Source: Pseudomonas knackmussii B13
Lineage (GTDB): Bacteria; Pseudomonadota; Gammaproteobacteria; Pseudomonadales; Pseudomonadaceae
DNA: 24,000 bases
Reading direction: 5' to 3'
Assembly: GCF_000689415.1 (NCBI RefSeq)
Contig: NZ_HG322950.1
Span: 1,978,769 to 2,002,768 of the forward strand
Part shown: in pieces, positions 7,862 through 15,869 of the stretch
How the letters are laid out: each line of letters begins with the position of its first letter
How positions within the stretch are numbered: the first letter of the stretch is position 1
Notes under the pieces: model-generated
What the model saw: the letters and a program-made list of their open reading frames with translations, nothing else
The model's database searches: none
What the model was told of the DNA's origin: nothing
Program-made: the position numbers and the translations under genes

Positions 7862-10573
7862 GTGGACGTCGTGTTCAAAACCGCAGCCGGCAGCCTTTCG
7901 CGTCATCAGTCTTCGCTCCCCCAGGTGCCTGCCGATCATCTGTACCTTCCCCAGGTCCAGTCCGCACTGGATCGTTCCAAGCATTTCCGAGTCCTGCTGT
8001 TCTCTGCGCCTGCCGGTTTCGGCAAGAGTGCCGCTTTGGCGTCGCTTGCAGCTCAGCGTGAGGAACGCGGCCACCACGTGGTGTGGATTTCCCTCGAGAG
8101 TGCCGACGACGACCCGGTGCGCTTCTGCACCCGGCTGACCGAGTCGCTCGCCGCCGCCTTGCCCGGCGTCGGCGCCGATGCCCAGAGCTACCTGCAGAAC
8201 ACCCTGCGTGTGCCGGTCGTCGCAGTCATGGAAAGCCTGCTGATGGACCTGGCGCGTTGCGAGCAGCCGGTCCTGCTGGTGCTGGATGACTTCGATCGCA
8301 TTGGCCACGAAGAAATCCTCGGTGGCCTCAACCGCCTGGTGCAGTACGCCCCGCCAGCCTTCACCCTGGCCATCGGCAGCCGTTCGCTGCCGCCGCTCAG
8401 CCTGGCCACCTGGCGCGCCAAGGGTCTGTTGCTGGAAGTCGGCCTCGAAGAGCTGCGCCTGAGCGAAGAACAGACCCGCGACTACTTCCGCCGCAGCGGT
8501 CTTGAACTGGCCGACGAATGCCTGCGCGCGCTGTACACGCAGACCGAGGGTTGGGTGATCGGGGTACACCTGGTGAGCCTGTGGCTGCGTCAGCAACCCA
8601 GCGGCACGCCCCTGAACCTCGAGGCCCTGCGCGGTGACCAGGCGGCGGTCGGTGGTTATCTACTGCGCGCGGTCTTCGAGCGCCTACCCGACGACATCCG
8701 TAGCATCCTGCTGTCTCTGAGCGTGGCCAGTCGCCTGAACGGCGACCTGGCCAATGCCCTGACTGGTCGCCAGGACGGCCAGGCCCTGCTGGAGCGCCTG
8801 GACAGCCTGCAACTCTTCCTCCTGCCGCTGGACCGCGAGCGCCAGTGGTACCGCTTCCACCAGCTGTTCGCCGACTTCCTCCGCGCGCACCTGCGCGATC
8901 GCGAGCCGGAACGCTTCAAGCAGCTGCACTTCAACGCGAGCCTGTGGTTTACCAACCACCACATGCCGACCCTGGCGATCGAACACGCCTGCCTGGCCGA
9001 AGACCCGGAAATGCTAGCCGCGCTGGTCGATGGCTACGGTCTGGAGCTGATCAACCGCGGCCAGCTGTACCTGATCTCGCGCTGGCGCCGGCACGTGCCG
9101 GACGAGATCGCCGCGCGCTATCCGATCCTGGTGCTCAGCGATGTCTGGACCCGCGCCACCGAGCTCAGCCTCGCCGAAGCCAATCGCATGCTCGACGAGC
9201 TGCTGGCGCGCTGGAGCGACGGCAAGCCGCAGTCGCCCATGGGCGACCAATACCTGTCGGCGCTGGCGGTGAAGGCCGTGCTGGCGCTGCAGAAGGACGA
9301 TCTCGAACAGTGCATCGCCCTGGCGCGCCGGGTGGAGAGCCAGCTGGGGCAGAACTCGGCGTTCCTCGAGTGCGCCATCCTGCTGGTCGCCGCCTTCGCC
9401 CAGGTCATGCATGGCCAGGCCGAGCAGGCGCGGCGCCTGATGGGGCTGGCGCAGCAGCGCAATCATTTCCTCGACGGCCGCTACCTGCACATGCAGCTGT
9501 CCACCATCGAGGTGATGCTGGCGCTGGAGCAAGGCCACGTGAAGCAGGCGCAGCTGCTGGTCGATCGCGTCCGCGAGCAGGCGGTGCCGCTGTTCGACCG
9601 GCGCTCCCAGGCCCTGGCCCTGCCGGCGATCACCGAGAGCCTGACGGCCTACTACCGCATGGAGCTCGATGGCCTGGAGGCCCGCCTGCGTTGGGCGTTG
9701 GGGCGGGTCGACGTGATCAACCCCATCGATCTGTACGCCCAGGGCGTGCAGTGCCTGGCGCGCATCCAGCGCCTGCAGGGGCGCAGCAAGGAGGCCCTGG
9801 CGACCCTCGGCCTGATGCAGGCGCTGGCGTCGCGCAACCACTCCTGGCGCATCTTCGCCATGGCGGTGGGGGAGGAGATCAACCTGATTCTCCAGGAGCC
9901 GGCCGCCGACCGCTGCAAGCGCGCCGAGCAGCGCCTCAACGGCATCGATTGGCAGAAGCTCGCTGCTTCGTATCGCCAGGGCCCGTTCAACCCGGTGCTC
10001 TGGGTACGCGGCATCAGCCGGGTGCGCCTGCTGCAGGCGCGCGGCCATTTCAGCGAAGCGCTGCACGAGATCACCCAACTGCGCGCGCTGCTGCAACCCG
10101 GCTGGCACGGTCTGCAGCGCCTGCGCCTGGACCTGCTGGCGGCGCTCAGCTACCAGCGCCTGGGCTACCAGGAGCGCGCCAACAGTCTGCTCGGTCAATG
10201 CCTGATCGGCGCCGAGCGCGAAGGGGTGCGTAGCCTCTTCATCGAGGAGGGCGAGGGCATCCGCCTGCTCCTCCAGCAACTCGAGTCCACCGAACGCCAG
10301 CCGGCGCTGCAGGTCTTCATCCGCGGCCTGTTGTCCGCCTGGCCAGGACAGGAAATACGCAAGGCACAGGACGTGCTCGAGGAAGGGCTGACCGACCGCG
10401 AGCGGGAAGTGGTGTGTCTGGCTGCCCAGGGACTCTCCAACGAGGAGATCGGCCAGAAGCTGTCGCTGGCCCTGGGAACCGTCAAATGGCACCTGCACAA
10501 CATCTACGAGAAGCTCAAGGTGCGTAATCGGACCCAAGCGATCCGCCGTGCCCGCGAGCTGAGCCTGCTCTGA
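7862..10573 (+). CDS. MalT-like LuxR-family transcriptional regulator (N-terminal STAND P-loop NTPase, helical/TPR-like sensor region, C-terminal LuxR/FixJ HTH), copy 1
   Basis: Walker A LLFSAPAGFGKSAAL; Walker B VLLVLDDFDRI; TEGWVIGVHL and WYRFHQLFADFL motifs; C-terminal LTDREREVVCLAAQGLSNEEIGQKLSLALGTVKWHLHNIYEKLKVRNRTQA. GTG start at 7862, with CAGGGA 8 nt upstream. Confidence 0.9.
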   Translation: MDVVFKTAAGSLSRHQSSLPQVPADHLYLPQVQSALDRSKHFRVLLFSAPAGFGKSAALASLAAQREERGHHVVWISLESADDDPVRFCTRLTESLAAALPGVGADAQSYLQNTLRVPVVAVMESLLMDLARCEQPVLLVLDDFDRIGHEEILGGLNRLVQYAPPAFTLAIGSRSLPPLSLATWRAKGLLLEVGLEELRLSEEQTRDYFRRSGLELADECLRALYTQTEGWVIGVHLVSLWLRQQPSGTPLNLEALRGDQAAVGGYLLRAVFERLPDDIRSILLSLSVASRLNGDLANALTGRQDGQALLERLDSLQLFLLPLDRERQWYRFHQLFADFLRAHLRDREPERFKQLHFNASLWFTNHHMPTLAIEHACLAEDPEMLAALVDGYGLELINRGQLYLISRWRRHVPDEIAARYPILVLSDVWTRATELSLAEANRMLDELLARWSDGKPQSPMGDQYLSALAVKAVLALQKDDLEQCIALARRVESQLGQNSAFLECAILLVAAFAQVMHGQAEQARRLMGLAQQRNHFLDGRYLHMQLSTIEVMLALEQGHVKQAQLLVDRVREQAVPLFDRRSQALALPAITESLTAYYRMELDGLEARLRWALGRVDVINPIDLYAQGVQCLARIQRLQGRSKEALATLGLMQALASRNHSWRIFAMAVGEEINLILQEPAADRCKRAEQRLNGIDWQKLAASYRQGPFNPVLWVRGISRVRLLQARGHFSEALHEITQLRALLQPGWHGLQRLRLDLLAALSYQRLGYQERANSLLGQCLIGAEREGVRSLFIEEGEGIRLLLQQLESTERQPALQVFIRGLLSAWPGQEIRKAQDVLEEGLTDREREVVCLAAQGLSNEEIGQKLSLALGTVKWHLHNIYEKLKVRNRTQAIRRARELSLL

Positions 10574-10574
10574 C

Positions 10575-13292
10575 ATGAACATGATGAATTCTCAGCAGCC
10601 CACGCCGCTGCTGCGCACCAAGCTGTTCCCGCCGCACGCGGATGGCGTGGCGCTGTTGCCGCGCCAGGCCTTGATCGACCGCCTGTACGGTGCGCGCAAC
10701 CAGCGCGCGCTGATCCTCAGCGCGCCGGCAGGGTTCGGCAAGAGCACGATCCTCAGCCTGTTTCGCCGGCGCCTGCAGGAGAGCGGGGCGCTGGTAGCCT
10801 GGCTGTCCTGCGACGAAGGCGACAGCGAGCCGCAGCGCTTCCTGCAATATCTGGTGGCGAGCATCCGCAGCGTCGCCGAGGGCTTCGGCGCCAACACCTC
10901 GAACCTGCTGCAGTCGGACATGACGCTGCCGCTGGAGGGGCTGCTCGATGCCTTCCTCGCCGACCTCAAGCGCATCGATGGCCAGCTCTATCTGTTCCTC
11001 GACGACTTCCACCGCATCCGCCATCCGGCGCTCACGCCCGGCGCGCGCTATCTGATCGAGCACCTGCCGGACAACGTCCGCCTGGTTACCAGCACGCGCT
11101 ACCGGCCACGCTTCCTGGTCGACGAACCGGCGCTGTCGCCCTGGGCCTTCTGCCTGAGCGGCGCGGATCTGCGCCTGACCCGCGAAGAAGCCGACACCTA
11201 TCTGCTGGAGCTCAAGGGGCTGTCTCTGGCCGAGTCCGAGCTGGCGCTGCTCTACAAGCGCACCGAAGGCTGGATCACCGCGCTGCACCTGGCCGCCCTG
11301 GCGCTGGCCCGGCACAGCGACCGCGCCGCCTTTCTGCGCGGGCTGTCCGGTACCGAACGGGACATAGCCGACTACCTCGCCGAAGACGTGCTCGCCTCGC
11401 TGCCGGCGCCGCTGCAGCAATTCCTCGACCAGACCTCCGTGCTCGACGAGTTCTGCGCCGAGCTGTGCAACGCCCTGACCGGGCGGCGCGACGGCATGGA
11501 CATGCTCATGCGCCTGCAGAACGAGCAATTGTTCATCATCCCGCTGGACGACCAGCGCGAGTGGTTCCGTTACCACCACCTGTTCGCCGAGTTCCTCCAC
11601 GGGCGCTTGGCGCGCAGCGCCGATCCCACGCCGTTGCTCAATGCCGCGGCGCGCTGGTGCGAGAGCCGCGACATGGCCGATCGCGCGGTGCGCTATGCGC
11701 TGCGTGCGCGTGACTACGCTTTTGCCGCCGACTTGCTGGAGCGCCAGGGCGCGCGGCTGATCGCCGGCAACCGGGTGTACAGCATCCTCGGCATGCTCGG
11801 CAGCATTCCCGCCGAGGTGATCCGCGAGCACCCGGTGTTCCAGATCTTCTATGCCTGGCAGTTGGCCTTCGAGCAGAAGTTCGCCGAGGCCGAGGCCCTC
11901 ATCGAGGAGCTCAGCGCACGGCTGCTGCTGGGGCAGGGCAAGGCGCGCAACTTCGGTCTGGCCGAGTTGCTGGCGGTGGCCCAGGTACTCAAGGCGCTGG
12001 TGCTGCTCTACCAGGACAAGCTGGAGGCGAGCCTCAAGGTCTCGCGCCAGTGGCTGTCGCTGGTGCCTGCGAACCAGCCGGTGTTCCGCGCGAGCCTGGC
12101 GTGCATCCTCGCCGCTGCTCATGCACTGCTGGGCGACTATGCCGAAGCGGCCGGTGCCATCGGCATCGCCCGCGAATGCCTGCGCATGGCGGACAGCGAG
12201 TACCTGCAGGTGGTGGCGAGCATGATCGAGGCGCTGATCTGCAAGGAGAGCGGCGAACTGGAGCGCGGGCGGACCATCGCCGAAAGCGCGCGCAGCCGGG
12301 TCGAGCGGGTGTTCGGCCGGCGCAGTAGGGTAGGTGGGCCGTTGTCGCTGGCCTACGCCGATATCCTCTACGAGCAGGATCGCCACGCCGCGATCCTCGC
12401 CGAACTGCCGCTCGCCACGACCTGGCGCGACGTGGCGACGCCGGTCGAGCTGATCAGCCGCGGCCAGTTGGTGATGGCCAAGGCGCGTTTCTTTGCCGGC
12501 GAGGCCGACCAGGGTCTGGCCCAACTCGACGAATGGCTGGCCGGGCTGCAATCGCCGGGTTACGAGCGGGTCAATGCGCTGGCCATGAGTTGCAAGGTGC
12601 AGCTGTTGCTTTGGCTGCGTCGACCCAACGAGGCCGAGCGCGTTTGCCTTCAACTGGCGCGACAGCTCTCGGGGCTTTCCGCGGAGCGCTTCGCTGACGC
12701 CCACGCCGCGCTGTGCCTGGCCGAGGCGCGCCTGGCGTTGTCCGAGCGGCATGCCGAGAAAGCGCAACAGCGCCTGGAAGCCTGCCTGGCGGCGACGACT
12801 TCGCCCTATCTGCGCGACCGGCGCTTGCGTCTTTCCTTGTTACTTTCTGTTGCGTATTGGCAGAAAGGTAACAGCGAAAAAGCCTTCGCACTCTTCGCGC
12901 CGACTCTCGAAGAGGCCTGGAACCAGGGCTATCGCCGCCTGTTCCAGGACGACGCGCTCTGGCTGCTGCCGTTCTGGGAGGCCTGGCGCGAAGCCGAGCC
13001 CAAGCGCGCCGCCGCCTGGCAAGGGGTGGCCGAGATGCTCCGCGAGCAGTGCCGCCGGCTCTCCGTCGACCCGGAAGGTTTCGAGGAAAATCAGGATGTT
13101 AGCCACCGCGAGCGGGAGATCCTGCGGCTGGTCGCGGCGGGCCTTTCCAATCGCGATATCGCCCAGGCGGTACATCTGTCGGAGGCCACCATCAAGTGGC
13201 ACCTGCACAACCTGTTCGCCAAGTTGGGAGTGCGCAGTCGTACCCAGGCAGTTCTCAAGGGGAAGAGCCTCGGCTTGCTGAGCGAGGCGTGA
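10575..13292 (+). CDS. MalT-like LuxR-family transcriptional regulator, copy 2 (paralogue of the upstream gene)
   Basis: Walker A LILSAPAGFGKSTIL; Walker B LYLFLDDFHRI; TEGWITALHL; WFRYHHLFAEFL; C-terminal VSHREREILRLVAAGLSNRDIAQAVHLSEATIKWHLHNLFAKLGVRSRTQA. The ATG lies 1 nt after the stop of copy 1 (TGA-C-ATG). Confidence 0.9.
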   Translation: MNMMNSQQPTPLLRTKLFPPHADGVALLPRQALIDRLYGARNQRALILSAPAGFGKSTILSLFRRRLQESGALVAWLSCDEGDSEPQRFLQYLVASIRSVAEGFGANTSNLLQSDMTLPLEGLLDAFLADLKRIDGQLYLFLDDFHRIRHPALTPGARYLIEHLPDNVRLVTSTRYRPRFLVDEPALSPWAFCLSGADLRLTREEADTYLLELKGLSLAESELALLYKRTEGWITALHLAALALARHSDRAAFLRGLSGTERDIADYLAEDVLASLPAPLQQFLDQTSVLDEFCAELCNALTGRRDGMDMLMRLQNEQLFIIPLDDQREWFRYHHLFAEFLHGRLARSADPTPLLNAAARWCESRDMADRAVRYALRARDYAFAADLLERQGARLIAGNRVYSILGMLGSIPAEVIREHPVFQIFYAWQLAFEQKFAEAEALIEELSARLLLGQGKARNFGLAELLAVAQVLKALVLLYQDKLEASLKVSRQWLSLVPANQPVFRASLACILAAAHALLGDYAEAAGAIGIARECLRMADSEYLQVVASMIEALICKESGELERGRTIAESARSRVERVFGRRSRVGGPLSLAYADILYEQDRHAAILAELPLATTWRDVATPVELISRGQLVMAKARFFAGEADQGLAQLDEWLAGLQSPGYERVNALAMSCKVQLLLWLRRPNEAERVCLQLARQLSGLSAERFADAHAALCLAEARLALSERHAEKAQQRLEACLAATTSPYLRDRRLRLSLLLSVAYWQKGNSEKAFALFAPTLEEAWNQGYRRLFQDDALWLLPFWEAWREAEPKRAAAWQGVAEMLREQCRRLSVDPEGFEENQDVSHREREILRLVAAGLSNRDIAQAVHLSEATIKWHLHNLFAKLGVRSRTQAVLKGKSLGLLSEA

Positions 13293-13439
13293 AATCACGG
13301 AAGATCCGGCTCCATCCCTTGGATGGGCTGGCAGGTGGGGGTTGGACCAGTAGCTTGAAACCAGGACGCGAAGCCTGAGTGCTTCACGAATCCATGCCCG
13401 CGACACCTAGGGAAGCCGTGGCGGGTCTGGAGGGTCGGC

Positions 13440-13481
13440 TTGGCCGGCCAACCTGCAGCGGGGCAGGACGCCCACTGCAGC
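13440..13481. promoter_or_regulatory. two adjacent palindromic elements in the upstream region of the exported-protein operon (candidate operators)
   Basis: There is a perfect 12-bp palindrome TTGGCCGGCCAA (13440-13451). It is followed by the imperfect inverted repeat CTGCAGCGGG...CCCACTGCAG (13453-13481). Both lie 40-81 bp upstream of ATG 13521. Their function is inferred only. Confidence 0.3.
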
Positions 13482-13520
13482 CCTGGGGCAAACCCACCTG
13501 AACACTGGAGAGACACAACA

Positions 13521-13961
13521 ATGAAAAAAATCCAACAACTGGTTCTTGCAAGTGCTGTTCTGGCCGCTCCGTTCATGGCTCATGCCGACCTGAAATCCAT
13601 GGATGACACCGCGCTGTCCAGCGTGACCGGTCAGGACGGCATCAGCATCGCCGGTACCTTCAACGCCTCTATCGGCGCCGTGACCTACACCGACGCCGAC
13701 ACCAACGGCGGCTCCCTGGTGCTGCAGGGCATCCATCTGCCGAGCGTAACCATCGCCGACAGCGCCCCGATGACCGTAGACGTGGTTACCACCACCATCG
13801 GCAGCACCCCGACCCAGCAGCTGGCTATCGGCCTGCCGACCGTTACCGGCGACGTGACCATCGACGCCATCAAGGTTGGCAGCACTGGCGCCAGCATCGG
13901 CTCGCTGACCGTCTCCAACCTGAACCTGGCCGGTTCCACCGTGAAGATCTGGGGTCACTGA
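13521..13961 (+). CDS. small exported beta-rich protein of unknown function (candidate secreted/fibre subunit)
   Basis: GGAGAG lies 8 nt upstream of the ATG. The Sec signal is MKKIQQLVLASAVLAAPFMAHA|DL. The mature part is Cys-free, rich in T/V/G/S/I/D, and has alternating polar/apolar runs (VTIADSAPMTVDVVTTTIGS, SLTVSNLNLAGSTVKIWGH). The ORF-track start at 13440 is upstream of the RBS and signal peptide and is rejected. Confidence 0.75.
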   Translation: MKKIQQLVLASAVLAAPFMAHADLKSMDDTALSSVTGQDGISIAGTFNASIGAVTYTDADTNGGSLVLQGIHLPSVTIADSAPMTVDVVTTTIGSTPTQQLAIGLPTVTGDVTIDAIKVGSTGASIGSLTVSNLNLAGSTVKIWGH

Positions 13962-13986
13962 TCACGGTGTTCGCGTAGTACCCGAT

Positions 13987-14009
13987 CTCGCCGGCGCCTC
14001 GCCGGCGAG
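13987..14009 (+). other. intra-operon GC-rich stem-loop directly after the small-subunit gene (possible attenuator or mRNA stabiliser)
   Basis: CTCGCCGGCG (13987-13996), loop CCT, CGCCGGCGAG (14000-14009): a perfect 10-bp stem with no following T-tract, located 26 nt after the stop codon. Confidence 0.5.
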
Positions 14010-14038
14010 GTCCATCCAGAATTCAAGGAGTGGGATGG

Positions 14039-14800
14039 ATGTTCGAGATTCTGCTGGGGAGCCTGCTGGGGCTGTTCGGTTTCACCCAGGCGGTGGACAC
14101 CAAGCCGCAACCGCAAGGCACGGTCAATCTCTCGCAGCAACTCACTCCCAACGGCCCCTTGCGTGAGTCGGTGCAGCTCGAGCCGATGAGCCAGGTGCAG
14201 TTCCGCAACGTCATTCGCCAGTCGTACGACTACAGCTGCGGCTCGGCGGCCCTGACCACGCTGCTGGACTACTACCTGGGGCGCAACCTGGAAGAGCGCC
14301 AGGTCATGGAAGGCCTTCTGAAGTACGGCGAGGCGGACAAGATCGTCCAGCGTCGCGGTTTCTCGCTGCTCGACATGAAGCGCTACGCCGCTGCACTGGG
14401 CTACAAGAGCGGCGGTTTCCGTGCCGAATTCTCCGACCTCGACTCGCTGGAAAACCCGGCGCTCGTGCCCATCCACTACGGCGGCTTCAAGCATTTCGTG
14501 GTGGTGCGTGACGTCTACAACGATCACGTTTTCGTTGCCGATCCTGCCCTGGGCAACATCAGTTTCACCCGCAGCCGCTTCGAGGCGATCTGGGACCAGA
14601 ACGTCCTGTTCGTGATCTACCCCGGCGGCCAGGAGCCGAAGAGCGCCCTGGCCCTGAAAGAACAGGACCTGCGCCTGGTGGATGACCGTACCGTGAGCCT
14701 GCTGGCCTTCCGCGATTTTCCGGAGCTGAGCAAGTTCGCCAGCAACCGCGTGACGGAGGCCGCCTCGAAAGGCGACGTGCAGTACATCCGCAACAAGTGA
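14039..14800 (+). CDS. standalone periplasmic C39-family cysteine peptidase (bacteriocin-processing-type papain fold)
   Basis: AAGGAG (14025-14030) lies 8 nt before ATG 14039. The signal-like N-terminus is MFEILLGSLLGLFGFTQA|VD. The catalytic set is present: VIRQSYDYSCGSAALTTLLDYYLG (Gln and Cys; Cys codon 14237-14239) and KHFVVVRDVYNDHVFVADPALG (His/Asp). Confidence 0.85.
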   Translation: MFEILLGSLLGLFGFTQAVDTKPQPQGTVNLSQQLTPNGPLRESVQLEPMSQVQFRNVIRQSYDYSCGSAALTTLLDYYLGRNLEERQVMEGLLKYGEADKIVQRRGFSLLDMKRYAAALGYKSGGFRAEFSDLDSLENPALVPIHYGGFKHFVVVRDVYNDHVFVADPALGNISFTRSRFEAIWDQNVLFVIYPGGQEPKSALALKEQDLRLVDDRTVSLLAFRDFPELSKFASNRVTEAASKGDVQYIRNK

Positions 14801-14846
14801 GCGCTCTTTTCATCGACCCATAAGAACAAGACCAGGGGATAGCATC

Positions 14847-15851
14847 ATGGATTTCAGGGGGTATGCGTGCGCCGCCATACTGGCCTTGCTGGCTGGCGGC
14901 CCTGTGTGGGCCGAGGAGAAATCGGTCGACCAGGCGCGTGATGCACTGTCCAAGAAAGAGGGTGACGCCGACAGCGCCAAGGCGCTGGAGCAGGTGTTCC
15001 AGGCGGCGGAACAAAGCTACACCTTGCTGAAGAAGGGCGAGCGCACGCTCACCTATGGCTTCGACTACTCGATGATGCGCGACACCCGCATCCAGCAGGT
15101 GCGCACTGGCCAGAACGTCTACAGCGTCCTGGCGCAGAGCGAGGCGCAGCACACCTTCACCAACTCGTTCACCTTCGACTACGGCATCTGGGACAACCTG
15201 ACCTTCAGCCTGCGCCTGCCGTTCGTGGCCAAGTACGACACCGAGCGCGACGTGCATGCCTACAGCCTCGGCGACATCTCCACGACGTTGCGCTGGCAGC
15301 CCTGGCCATCGGTACGCGGACGTCCCGTCACCACCTTCTACGCCACCCTCGGCCTCCCCACCGGCGACAGCCCGTACGACATGAATCCGGACAAGGACGT
15401 GTCTACCGGCAGCGGCTACTACAGCCTGGGCGTGGGCGCCAACATGTCCTACGTGATCGACCCGGTCGTGCTCTACGGCTCGCTCGGTTACACCTACAAC
15501 ATGCAGGTCGACAGCATCCATCAGTACCAATACAACGAGGAGCTGCAGAAGGTCACTCCGGGCGACACCCTGAACTTCGCCATGGGCATGGCCTACGCGC
15601 TGTCCTATGACGTATCGCTGGCCACCTCGTACCAGATGGCCTACCAGATGAAGAGCCACTACCACTTCGACGACCGCACGGTGGAGGCTCCGGAACAGAC
15701 CAGCGCAATCATGAACTTCTCGCTCGGCCTGCGAACTTCACCCGACTACATCGTCAACGTGAACGCCGGCTTCGGCATGACCGAGGACTCGCCGGATGTC
15801 CTGCTGGGGGTTTCCCTGCCCCTGGACATCAAGGGCCTGAAACCCGACTAA
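14847..15851 (+). CDS. outer-membrane beta-barrel protein with an N-terminal helical segment (resembles the 'MetA-pathway/transporter' barrel family)
   Basis: Signal MDFRGYACAAILALLAGGPVWA|EE, then a charged helical stretch (KSVDQARDALSKKEGDADSAKALEQVFQAAEQSY). After that come amphipathic Y/G-rich beta-strands (TLTYGFDYS, YSLGDISTTLRW, YGSLGYTYNM, LNFAMGMAYALSYDVSLATSYQMAYQM, VNVNAGFGMT). There is no terminal Phe, so the family assignment is tentative. Confidence 0.6.
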   Translation: MDFRGYACAAILALLAGGPVWAEEKSVDQARDALSKKEGDADSAKALEQVFQAAEQSYTLLKKGERTLTYGFDYSMMRDTRIQQVRTGQNVYSVLAQSEAQHTFTNSFTFDYGIWDNLTFSLRLPFVAKYDTERDVHAYSLGDISTTLRWQPWPSVRGRPVTTFYATLGLPTGDSPYDMNPDKDVSTGSGYYSLGVGANMSYVIDPVVLYGSLGYTYNMQVDSIHQYQYNEELQKVTPGDTLNFAMGMAYALSYDVSLATSYQMAYQMKSHYHFDDRTVEAPEQTSAIMNFSLGLRTSPDYIVNVNAGFGMTEDSPDVLLGVSLPLDIKGLKPD

Positions 15852-15869
15852 CCCGCGAGCGAGACCCAC

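Noticed and set aside
9014-12767. 522-aa (9014..10582) and 750-aa (10515..12767) minus-strand ORFs, plus the 462-aa + ORF at 8845..10233
   Set aside because: They are antisense or out of frame relative to the two MalT-like regulator genes, whose frames carry Walker A/B and HTH motifs. They are Arg/Ala/Gly/Pro-rich shadow ORFs with no domain signatures.
13328-13348. G-rich run GGCAGGTGGGGGTTGGACC as a possible MalT box (E. coli consensus GGGGA(T/G)GAGG)
   Set aside because: The resemblance is only loose, there is a single copy, and there is no reason to assume that E. coli MalT specificity transfers to these paralogues.
13438-13458. Possible sigma-54 promoter (TGGCCGGCCAACCTGCA resembles TGGCAC-N5-TTGCA)
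   Set aside because: The GG-to-GC spacing is one nucleotide off the strict -24/-12 geometry. No enhancer-binding protein (AAA+ sigma-54 activator) is encoded nearby, and the adjacent regulators are MalT/LuxR-type, which work with sigma-70.
13440-13520. ORF-track start at 13440 for the small exported protein (173-aa version)
   Set aside because: The extra 27 residues (MAGQPAAGQDAHCSPGANPPEHWRDTT) would bury the signal peptide. The GGAGAG RBS and ATG at 13521 give a canonical Sec leader.
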